A stretch of 64,000 nt of DNA, from assembly GCA_964016885.1 (NCBI GenBank), contig OZ024740.1, positions 341,000,001-341,064,000 on the forward strand, in the 5' to 3' direction. Numbering within the stretch: the first letter of the stretch is position 1; each line of letters starts with the position of its first letter. A program made the position numbers and the translations under genes. Positions 26,165 to 39,109 of this stretch are shown here, one piece after another. The stretch is from Eledone cirrhosa (lineage: Eukaryota). The notes beneath the pieces are model-generated. The model did no database searches. It was not told the DNA's origin and saw only the letters and a program-made list of their open reading frames with translations.

Positions 26165-26356
26165 TGGATACCACATCTACGATGGATGATTTACATAACG
26201 TTGAGTGCTTCAGTTATTTGTTACCACATCATTTACCAACCTGAATAACATGAAATAAAGTGTCTTGCTTTAGGACACATCCCAGCACTGGGAATCAAAT
26301 TCACAACAGTTCAGTCACGAGCCAACCCCTCTACCCATTAAACCATATGCCTTCAC
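26165..26356 (-). mobile_element. Decayed tRNA-derived SINE (family A/B-type head)
   Basis: TGTGAAGGCATATGGTTTAATGG head and GTGTCCTAAAGCAAGACACTTTATTTCA. Confidence 0.55.
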
Positions 26357-26489
26357 ACACACACACACACACACACATACACATACAAAAACTTGTTTCT
26401 ATTCTTGCAATGTGTTTTCACCATGCTTACTATTCCTTTGGCCACATTTCATTCTTAATTGCAAGTCATATGATTCTATATCATTAAAT

Positions 26490-26493
26490 AAGC

Positions 26494-26546
<53 letters not shown>

Positions 26547-29500
26547 AATCACGAACATCAATAACAACATCAGCAATGACAGCAACACCACCAACAAAAA
26601 CAACAACATCATCAGCAATGACATCAACACCATCAGCACCAACAATAACAGCACCACCACCAATAATAACAGCACCACCAACAACAACAGCATCAGCAAT
26701 GACAAAAATACCACCAACGACAAGACCAGCACCAACACCTTCATCACCAACAACACCAGCACCAACATCACCACCACCAACAACCCTATCTTCGCCAACA
26801 AAACCACCATCACCACCAATAACTGTAACAGCATCCTCACCAACAACACAATCATCACCAACGTCACCATCACCACCAACAACAAGACCATCACGACCAT
26901 CAACATCACCATCATCACCAACAACATCACCATCATCACCAACAACATCACCATCATCACCAACAACAACACCATCACCACCAACAACAACACCATCACC
27001 ACCACAACAACACCATCACCACCAACAGTAACACCATCACCACCAACAACAACACCATCACCACCAACAACACCATCACCACCACCCAACACACCACACC
27101 ACCACAACATCACCATCACCACCAACATCACCATCACAAACCACCATATCACCACATTAACACCACCAACACACACACCACCACATCACCATCACCACCA
27201 CAACATCACCATCACCACCAACATCACCATCACCACCAACACACACCATCACCACCAACCATAACACCCACCACCACCACCAACACCATCATCACCACCA
27301 ACATCACCATCACCACCAACAACATCACCATCACCACAACATCACCATCACCACCACAACACCACCATCACCACCAACAACACACCATCACCACCAACAC
27401 CAACACCACACCACCAACACAACACCATCACCACCACAACAACACCATCACCACCAACAACAACACCATCACCACCACAACATCACCATCACCACCACAA
27501 CACCACCATCACCCACCACAACACCATCACCACCCACAACACCATCACCACCAACACAACACCATCACCACCAACAACACACCATCACCACCACCACAAC
27601 ACCATCACCACCACAACAACACCATCACCACCCAACACATCACCATCACCACCAACAACACATCATCACCACCAACAACACCATCACCACCACAACACCA
27701 TCACCACCAACACAACACCCATCACCACCAACAATAACACCATCACCACCACCAACAACACCATCACCACCAACAACAACACCATCACCACCACCAACAC
27801 ACCATCACCACCACAACAACACCACACCACCAACATCACCATCACCACCAACAATAACACCATCACCACCAACAACAACACCACCACCAACACACACCAT
27901 CACCACCAACAACACCATCACCCCACAACAACACCATCACCACCAACAACAACACCATCACCACCAACAACAACACCATCACCACCACCAACAACACCAT
28001 CACCACCAACAACATCACCATCACCACCAACAACAACACCATCACCACCAACAACAACACCACCACCACCAACAACAACACCATCACCACCAACAGCACC
28101 ATCACCACCACCAACAACACCATCACCACCACCAACAACACCATCACCACCACCAACAACATCACCATCACCACCACCACAACACCATCACCACCACAAC
28201 AACACCACCACCACCAACAACAACACCATCACCACCAACAACACCATCACCACCACCAACAACACCATCACCACCACCAACAACACCATCACCACCACAA
28301 CATCACCATCACCACCCAACAACAACACCATCACCCACCAACAACACCATCACGACCAACAACAACACCATCACCACCAACAACAACACCATCACCACCA
28401 ACAACAACACCACCACCACCAACAACAACACCATCACCACCAACAACACCACCACCACCACCAACAACACCACACCACCACCAACAACACCACACCACCC
28501 ACCAACAACATCACCATCACCACCACCACAACACCACACCACCAACAACAACACCACACCACCACCAACAACACCATCACCACCAACAACATCACCATCA
28601 CCACCAACAACAACACCACCATCACCACCAACAACACCATCACCACCAACAACAACACCATCACCACCAACAACAACACCACCACCACCAACAACAACAC
28701 CACCACCAACAACAACACCATCACCACCAACAACACCATCACCACCACCAACAACACCATCACCACCACCAACACCATCACCATCACCACCACCAACAAC
28801 ACCATCATCACCACCAACAACACCACACCACCAACACAACCCACACCACCAACACCCACCCACCCCACCACCACCACAACACCATCACCACCACACACAC
28901 CATCACCACCAACAACACCACCATCACCACCACCACAACACCATCACCACCCAACAACACCCATCACCACCAACAACACCATCACCACCAACACCAACAC
29001 CACCACCACCACCACAACACCACACCACCAACAACACCACCACCAACAACCACACCACCACCAACAACAACACCATCACCACCACCAACAACACCATCAC
29101 CACCAACAACACCATCACCACCAACACCACACCATCACCACCACAACAACACCATCACCACCCACCAACAACACCATCACCACCACCACACCATCACCAC
29201 CAACACAACACCATCACCACCAACAACAACACCCCACCACCACCACACACCACCCACCACCACAACACACCCATCACCACCACAACCCCACCCCCCCACC
29301 ACCCACCACCCCACCCCACCACACCCCACCACCACCACCCCCCACAACACCACCACCACCAACAACACCACCACCACCAACACCACCACACCACCACAAC
29401 ACACCATCACCAACCAACAACACCATCCCACCACCACACACCATCACCCACCACCAACAACACCATCACCACCACCACAAACCATCCACCACCACAACAC

Positions 29501-32500
29501 ACCATCACCACCAACAACACCACACCACCACCACAACCCCACACCAACAACAACACCATCACCACCAACACACCATCACCACCACCAACAACACCATCAC
29601 CACCAACAACATCACCACACCACCAACAACAACACCATCACCACCAACAACACCATCACCACCACAACAACACCCACCACCACAACACACCACACCACCA
29701 CAACAACACCATCACCACCACCAACACCATCACCATCACCACCACCAACAACACCATCACCACCAACAACAACACCATCACCACCAACAACACCATCACC
29801 ACCACAACAACACCACACCACCACCAACACACCACACCACCACACAACACCACACCACCAACACACCTCACCACCAACACCACCACCCCACCACCAACAA
29901 CACCATCACCACCACCAACAACACCATCACCACCACCAACAACACCACCACCACCACACCACACCACCACCACACACCACACCACCAACAACAACACCAT
30001 CACCACCAACAACACCACCACACCAACAACAACACCATCACCACCAACAACAACACCACACCACCACCAACACCACCATCACCACCACCAACACACCATC
30101 ACCACCAACAACAACACCATCACCACCAACAACACCATCACCACCAACAACAACACCATCACCACCAACAACACCATCACCACCAACAACACCACCACCA
30201 CCACCACCAACACAACACCATCACCACCACAACAACACCATCACCACCAACAACACACCATCACCACCACAACACCACCATCACCCACCACCAACAACAC
30301 CATCACCACCAACAACAACACCATCACCACCAACAACACCATCACCACCAACAACAACACCATCACCACCAACACACCATCACCCACCACCACAACACCA
30401 TCACCACCAACAACAACACCATCACCACCAACACACACCACCACCACCAACAACACCATCACCACCAACAACAACACCATCACCACCAACAACACCATCA
30501 CCACCAACAACAACACCATCACCACCAACAACACCATCACCACCACCAACAACACCATCACCACCACAACAACACCATCACCACCAACAACACCATCACC
30601 ACCACCACAACACCATCACCACCAACAACAACACCATCACCACCACAACAACACCATCACCACCAACAACAACACCATCACCACCCAACAACACCATCAC
30701 CACCACAACAACACCATCACCACCACCAACACCATCACCACCAACAACATCACCATCACCACCAACAACAACACCATCACCACCACAACAACACCATCAC
30801 CACCAACAACAACACCATCACCACCACCAACAACACCATCACCACCAACAACAACACCATCACCACCAACAACACCATCACCACCACCAACAACACCATC
30901 ACCACCAACAACAACACCATCACCACCAACAACAACACCATCACCACCACCAACAACACCATCACCACCAACAACAACACCATCACCACCAACAACACCA
31001 TCCACCACCAACAACACCATCACCACCACCAACAACACCATCACCACCACAACAACACCATCACCACCAACAACAACACCATCACCACCAACAACACCAT
31101 CACCACCAACAACACCATCACCACCAACAACAACACCATCACCACCAACAACACCATCACCACCACCAACAACACCATCACCACCACCAACAACACCATC
31201 ATCACCACCAACAACACCATCACCACCAACAACAACACCATCACCACCAACAACACCATCACCACCAACAACACCATCACCACCACAACAACACCATCAC
31301 CACCACAACAACACCATCACCACCACCAACAACACCATCACCACCAACAACAACACCATCACCACCAACAACACCATCACCACCACCAACAACACCATCA
31401 CCACCACCAACAACACCATCACCACCAACAACACCATCACCACCAACAACAACACCATCACCACCAACAACACCATCACCACCAACAACACCATCACCAC
31501 CAACAACATCACCATCACCACCAACAACACCATCACCACCAACAACAACACCATCACCACCAACAACACCATCACCACCAACAACAACACCATCACCACC
31601 AACAACACCATCACCACCACCAACAACACCATCACCACCAACAACAACACCATCACCACCAACAACACCATCACCACCACCAACAACACCATCACCACCA
31701 ACAACAACACCATCACCACCAACAACAACACCATCACCACCACCAACACCATCACCACCAACAACAACACCATCACCACCACCAACACCATCACCACCAA
31801 CAACATCACCATCACCACCAACAACAACACCATCACCACCAACAACAACACCATCACCACCAACAACAACACCATCACCACCAACAACAACACCATCACC
31901 ACCAACAACAACACCATCACCACTAACAACAACACCATCACCACCAACAACAACACCATCACCACCAACAACACCATCACCACCACCAACAACACCATCA
32001 CCACCAACAACACCATCACCACCAACAACAACACCATCACCACCAACAACACCATCACCACCACCAACAACACCATCACCACCAACAACAACACCATCAC
32101 CACCAACAACACCATCACCACCACCAACAACACCATCACCACCAACAACACCATCACCACCAACAACAACACCATCACCACCAACAACACCATCACCACC
32201 ACCAACAACACCATCACCACCACCAACAACACCATCACCACCAACAACACCATCACCACCACCAACAACACCATCACCACCACCAACAACACCATCACCA
32301 CCAACAACAACACCATCACCACCAACAACACCATCACCACCACCAACAACACCATCACCACCAACAACAACACCATCACCACCAACAACACCATCACCAC
32401 CACCAACAACACCATCACCACCAACAACAACACCATCACCACTAACAACAACACATCACCACCAACAACAACACCATCACCACCAACAACACCATCACCA

Positions 32501-35310
32501 CCACCAACAACACCATCACCACCACCAACAACACCATCACCACCACAACAACACCATCACCACCAACACAACACCATCACCACCAACAACATCACCATCA
32601 CCAACAACAACATCATCAACACCATCACCACCACCAACAACACCATCACCACCAACAACAACACCATCACCACCAACAACAACACCATCACCACCAACAA
32701 CATCACCATCACCAACAACAACATCATCACCACCAACAACAACACCATCACCACCACCAACAACACCATCACCACCAACAACAACACCATCACCACCAAC
32801 AACAACACCATCACCACCAACAACATCACCATCACCACCAACAACAACGCCATCACCACCAACAACAACACCATCACCACCAACAACATCACCATCACCA
32901 CCACCAACAACACCATCACCACCACCAACAACATCACCATCACCACCAACAACACCATCACCACCAACAACATCACCATCACCAACAACAACATCATCAC
33001 CACCAACAACACCATCACCACCAACAACATCACCATCACCAACAACAACATCATCACCACCAACAACACCATCACCACCAACAACATCACCATCACCACC
33101 AACAACACCATCACCACCAACAACACCATCACCACCAACAACAACACCATCACCACCAACAACATCACCATCACCACCACCAACAACACCATCACCACCA
33201 CCAACAACATCACCATCACCACCAACAACACCATCACCACCAACAACACCATCACCATCACCAACAACAACAACGCCATCACCACCAACAACAACACCAT
33301 CACCACCAACAACAACACCATCACCACCAACAACAACACCATCACCACCAACAACAACACTATCACCACCACCAACAACACCATCACCACCACCAACAAC
33401 ACCATCACCACCAACAACAACACCATCACCACCAACAACAACACTATCACCACCACCAACAACACCATCACCACCACCAACAACATCACCATCACCACCA
33501 ACAACAACACCATCACCACCAACAACACCATCACCACCAACAACAACACCATCACCAACAACAACACCATCACCACCAACAACACCATCACCACCACCAA
33601 CAACACCATCACCACCAACAACAACACCATCACCAACAACAACACCATAACCACCAACAACAACACCACCACCAACAACAACACCATCACCACCACCAAC
33701 AACACCATCACCACCAACAACACCATCACCACCACCAACAACACCATCACCACCAACAACATCACCATCACCACCAACAACAACACCATCACCACCAACA
33801 ACACCATCACCACCAACAACAACACCATCACCAACAACAACACCATCACCAACAACAACACCATCACCACCAACAACACCATCACCACCACCAACAACAC
33901 CATCACCACCAACAACAACACCATCACCACCAACAACACCATCACCACCAACAACAACACCATCACCAACAACAACACCATCACCACCAACAACACCATC
34001 ACCACCACCAACAACACCATCACCACCAACAACATCACCATCACCAACAACAACACCATAACCACCAACAACAACACCACCACCAACAACAACACCATCA
34101 CCACCACCAACAACACCATCACCACCAACAACACCATCACCACCACCAACAACACCATCACCACCAACAACATCACCATCACCACCAACAACAACACCAT
34201 CACCACCAACAACACCATCACCACCAACAACAACACCATCACCAACAACAACACCATCACCAACAACAACACCATCACCACCAACAACACCATCACCACC
34301 ACCAACAACACCATCACCACCAACAACAACACCATCACCACCAACAACACCATCACCACCAACAACAACACCATCACCAACAACAACACCATCACCACCA
34401 ACAACACCATCACCACCACCAACAACACCATCACCACCAACAACATCACCATCACCACCAACAACATCACCATCACCACCAACAACACCATCACCACCAA
34501 CAACAACACCATCACCAACAACAACACCATCACCACCAACAACACCATCACCACCACCAACAACACCATCACCACCAACAACAACACCATCACCACCAAC
34601 AACATCACCATCACCACCAACAACACCATCACCACCAACAACAACACCATCACCACCAACAACAACACCATCACCACCAACAACAACACCATCACCACCA
34701 ACAACAACACCATCACCATCACCACTAGCAACATCACCATCACCACCAATAACACCATCACCACCAACAACAACACCATCACCACCAACAATAACACCAT
34801 CACCACCAACAACAACACCATCACCACCAACAACACCATCACCACCACCAACAACACCATCACCACCAACAACAACACCATCACCATCACTAGCAACGTC
34901 ATCACCACCAACAACAACAACCCAGTACCACCAATAACACCAGCAGCAACAGTACCAACACCACCAGCAATAATAATAATAACAACAACAACAAAAGCAG
35001 CAATGACAACAACATCAGCAACAATATCAGCAATGGCAACATCAACAACATTAGCAATTACAACAACAACCCCAGGACGATAACAACATTAATATCAGTA
35101 ATGATAACAACAACAACAACAGAAGCAGCAATGACAACAACAACCAGATCAGCAATGACAACCACCACAGCAACAACAACAACAGCCCCTGCCCTAACAC
35201 CACCAACAACAGTACATACACCATCACCACCACCACCAACAACTACATATCAGCTATGACGACAACAACAACAACAACCGCCCCAGCACGGACACTACCA
35301 AGAACAACAG
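26490..35310. repeat. About 8.8-kb CAC/CAA/CAT satellite (18-21-bp units such as caccatcaccaccaacaacaa)
   Basis: Direct inspection; almost G-free on the + strand; clean triplet register in 31300-34920, many single-base indels in about 27000-31000. Confidence 0.95.
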
Positions 35311-35683
35311 CAAACAAATACTAGTAGATAGTAAGGCTACAATTTTATGATATATGCCATACATATTTTTTATGAGGCTCCATTGAACTGTGGCATTTGT
35401 GAAAAGTCTTTCTAGTCTGTGCTATCATATTCAAATGTGATTAGCAGAAATTCTATATAGTAACTGGCAGCTCTTTTGAACCAGAATTATCAATATGTAT
35501 GATATTAACAAACATTTTAGTCTAAACGACAAACATTTGGAATGACGAAGACAAGCACGTCTGCCACTACCAATATTTTGTAGCTGATACAATATCTATT
35601 AAGATAAAATATATATTTGAAAATAAAAATGCTATCATAAAATGCACGCAGTTCACTATGTAAAGTGGTAGTGTTGGTCTCTT

Positions 35684-35960
35684 TTTCTTCTTGCTCATGC
35701 TCAACGAGACCAGGATCATCCTAAGCCAATAATCCCAAAGCATCATCATGCGTAGAGCCAACCAGGTCTACCAGCGCCCTTCATCACTGGCGGTCCTGTG
35801 CCAACTCCTCCGCATCCTCCAAGGTGATGTTGAGCCTCCTCAGATCTTCCCTGATGACATCCAGCCATCTGGTGCGGGGCCTGCTGTGGTGTCTCTTCCA
35901 GTCTGCAGCCTCTGCGTCGAATGAAAGTTAGGCCCTGGTAGGAGGATCTGGTGGAAAGCA
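35684..35960 (-). mobile_element. RTE LINE 3' fragment (a different RTE family)
   Basis: Minus strand translates ADWKRHHSRPRTRWLDVIREDLRRLNITLEDAEELAQDRQ**RALV. Confidence 0.7.
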
Positions 35961-36158
35961 GAGGACATATCTATACCAGCGCAAGCAGTAGTGTTGGTGC
36001 CATATTGAAATGCATCCACTGTATGTTGTAAAGTGATTAGCATTAGGAAGAGCATCCAGCTGTAGAAACCATGTCAAATATGGAATGTTGAATTGTAGTG
36101 TGTTGTTTAACCCTTTAGCTACATTACTCTACTATTACATTTTCATGCTAAAGGCTTT

Positions 36159-36868
36159 CATCATCATCATCATCATCACTGTTTTATGTGCGTTCTTCCA
36201 CGCTAGCATGGGTTAGATGGGTTGTCCTGTTGTGGGCAGTGTCTGGTCAGCTGACCATGCCTTGCTCATACAGGAACTGATTTGGCTTGATTTCTAGAGC
36301 TGGATGCCCTTCCTAACACCAACCTCATTTACAGTGAGTGCTGGCTGCTTTTTCGTGGCGCCTACACGTCCACTTTACAGTGTGGGCTGGGTGCTTTTTT
36401 GCCGTGGCATCTCCACGACCACCTTGCGGTGGGGGGTGTGGGGGCATATTGTCTATATGCTTCAGCTTGTACCCATGGGAGGTCGGGTACTCTGTATTAC
36501 TGCGAGACGCCAGAGGTCACGGTCGTGTGTCATTGCCTTTGAGAGGTGTAATTGGGTAAGGTCAGCTTTTATCACCTCATCCCAGGTCATCTTGGGTCTC
36601 CCCACTCCGCGGTTTCCATCAACTTCTAGTGCTCTGCACCTTTTTATGCAGCTATCATCCTTCATACGCATCACATGTCCATACCAGAGCAACCGCCTCT
36701 CCTGCACACAGCATTTGATTCCTCTTATGCTCAGTCTCTCACTCAATTCATTTATGCTTTGTCGTTCACGTATATTACTGTTACACATCCATCGGAGCAT
36801 GCAGGCTTCGTTTCTCTCTAATCTACGTAAGTCTTCCACCTTCAGCGCCCAGGTCTCACTACCACGCC
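36159..36868 (-). mobile_element. RTE LINE 5'-truncated copy
   Basis: GSETWALKVEDLRRLERNEACMLRWMC..RLLWYGHVMRM..GRPKMTW; (GAT)n tail; sister copy at 53299-54085(-). Confidence 0.88.
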
Positions 36869-37341
36869 CTATTATATTAATGATATAGAATGACATTGTA
36901 ATAATAATGTTGTACAATGATGGTGTAATGACATTTTACACTGCCAGTGTATTGATAATTTTGTAGAATGACTTTGTGTTAATAATAGTTTCTACTTCAA
37001 GCACAAGGCCAGCAATACGAAGGAGAGGGAAAAGTCGATTAAATCAACCCCAGTGCATTACTGGTGTTTTATTTTATCGACCCCATAAAGATAAAAGGCA
37101 AAGCTAACCTCGGTAGGGTTTGAACTCAGAACGTAAAGGGCTGTAATTTTATGCTGTGAAGCATGTTGTCTGATACTCTATCGATATTTGTTATGATGGT
37201 GTAATACACCTATTCTGTGTATCTGTAGAAAAAAGAGGGTAAAATCCAAGGTATTCACGAGGCGTAATTCTGAACTACCAACGAGAGACTACAACGAAAC
37301 TCCGTACACACAGTTCCCATGAGAGTTCACTTTAATTCTTA

Positions 37342-37700
37342 CTAGCTGACGTACCCAACTTCGCCCGGGTAAACAGATGATAAGAGAAGACAGGTAAAAG
37401 AGAAAATGACTGTATTGGATGTTTGTCTAGTTACAGTATGAGGCGAGTCCGTGGTGTCTGTGTGATACCAAAAAAAGTTAAAAAAATCTTCCAGATTTAT
37501 CAGATTCTTCGTTGTGCCGTTTGTGCATAGTATATGAACAATTCTAGGTGCTCCCACCTAGAATAGTGACCTCTAGGAGATGGTTCATCTTTTGCCTGAC
37601 TGTAAAACGTGTATCATTGCATAGACGTGGTTGTTCCACGTTTCTCAAAAGGATGATGGAAGTTCCAATCTTTTATATTATATGTAGATATAGATATAGA
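37342..37700 (-). mobile_element. Short non-autonomous Helitron
   Basis: Minus strand: 5' A|TCTATATCTATATCTACATATAATATAAAAG; subterminal hairpin TACCCGGGCGAAGTTGGGTA; 3' CTAG|T. Confidence 0.75.
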
Positions 37701-38237
37701 TAATTAATATAAAAGATGTGCGTCAATGTAAAAAAGGTCCCTATTTACTTGAAATGGTTTATACAAATGCCAAATTAATATGGATATGGATAACATGCTT
37801 ATCTATAAGTGGTCAGCTATAATAATGAAACAACAAATTATGACACAAAAATTTATTCAGTAATTTCCAGGCTCTTAGCCACTGAGTCAATATTGCCCAG
37901 AGTTCAACTCGGAGAGGTGGCCTGGTTTGAACTCCAAATGGCGGATCCTTCTACTTCGAAAATAGAATCGTTTTTCAATATTATGTGGGTATGGTGTGGC
38001 GTGCGGTGGCCGGAAGCTGGGAAGTGCTCGACCGGAAGAGTGCTTGACCGGAAGGGTGCTCGACCGGAAGGGCCAGCAGATCGGCTCCTCTCTAGTGGTG
38101 ACCAGGAACGGTGTGGACGCGAGTTTTGGAAGCTCCCGGTGTTAATGAGTTGGACGCACGTGGAAGAGGAGAAACCAGCAATGGGATTTAGCGGCGCCTA
38201 TGAAAAGCGGTAAGTCAGATAGCTTTTTCTAACCACA

Positions 38238-38249
38238 AGCTATTTCGGC
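38238..38249 (+). promoter_or_regulatory. Atypical primer-binding site AGCTATTTCGGC
   Basis: Abuts the 5' LTR CA end; lacks TGG; exact reverse complement of GCCGAAATAGCT, the first 12 nt of animal tRNA-Phe(GAA) as recalled. Confidence 0.65.
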
Positions 38250-38352
38250 ACTGGAAACTGAGATCTGATTGAAAAAAAAAAAAAAGCTACTGGAAAAACA
38301 GAGAGGAGTCTGTTGTTGTTTTTTTATCACGTACCGCAAGACAAATTAGGAT

Positions 38353-39109
38353 ATGGCGACGAGACTACGAACAAACGAAGTGATTAGGGCATTTACCGGT
38401 GAAGGTGATGCTGTCGCTTGGCTGCGAAAAGTCCGGCTGGTCGCAAGCTTACAGAAGATAGATGTGGCTGGCCTCATCGCACTGTACCTCGAGGGGGACG
38501 CGTTGGTACGCTTCCTTGAGTTGGATGAACACAGCCAAAGAGATGCGCAAAAGATTGAGAGGCGCATGTTGGAAGCGTTCGCAGAGGGACCGTTAGCCGC
38601 TTTTGCTAAGCTGGCCAGAATTAGATGGAACGGTGAACGCGTTGACATTTTTGCAGCGGAAATACGGCGATTAGCCATGTTGGCTGAATATCAGGTGGAA
38701 TGCGAACGCACGGTGCGGTTGGCGTTCATAAATGGATTTCCAGACGACATAGCGGTGAAACTGCAGCAAGTCCCGGGTTACAAAGAAATGGAAATGTGTT
38801 CACTGGTGGAACAAGCCCGGATCATAGCAGAAGATGCCAAGAAGAGTGTCGCGGCGATAGCAACTACAGAGGCGCAAGACAGCTGACAGCGAAATGGTGA
38901 AAGGGAGGCAACCACGGCACGCGGTCGCCCGCGAACGTTTAGAGGTTGCTGTTTTAGGTGCCAGGGCCCGCACATGGCTAGAGACTAGAGAGTCAAGGCC
39001 GGAAATAATATGCTACCGGTGTAAGCGACCAGGCCACATCGCTACTAACTGCGACCAGGGAAACGATCGAAGGGGAACTACAGCGCCGGTAGTTGCCCCT
39101 TACGAGTAG
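38353..39109 (+). pseudogene. gag: gypsy Gag (disrupted)
   Basis: FTGEGDAVAWL N-terminus; Zn knuckles CFRCQGPHMARD* and CYRCKRPGHIATNC; stop at 38884 plus a frameshift. Confidence 0.85.
39058..39100 (+). promoter_or_regulatory. Programmed -1 ribosomal frameshift signal
   Basis: G GGA AAC in gag frame (39058-39064), 6-nt spacer, hairpin AGGGGAACTAC-AGCGCCG-GTAGTTGCCCCT; the -1 frame reads open into ALVDTG. Confidence 0.8.

Noticed and set aside
32557-34920. 787-aa V/L/M ORF (and the 385-aa and other ORFs in 26.5-35 kb) as a membrane or structural protein
   Set aside because: Automatic result of a stop-free GTG/TTG/ATG triplet satellite; no unique coding sequence or splice context.
37809-38213. 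134-aa and 130-aa (41654-42046) ORFs sharing a C-terminus, as duplicated genes or env
   Set aside because: The shared part is simply the two LTRs; no signal peptide or transmembrane pattern.
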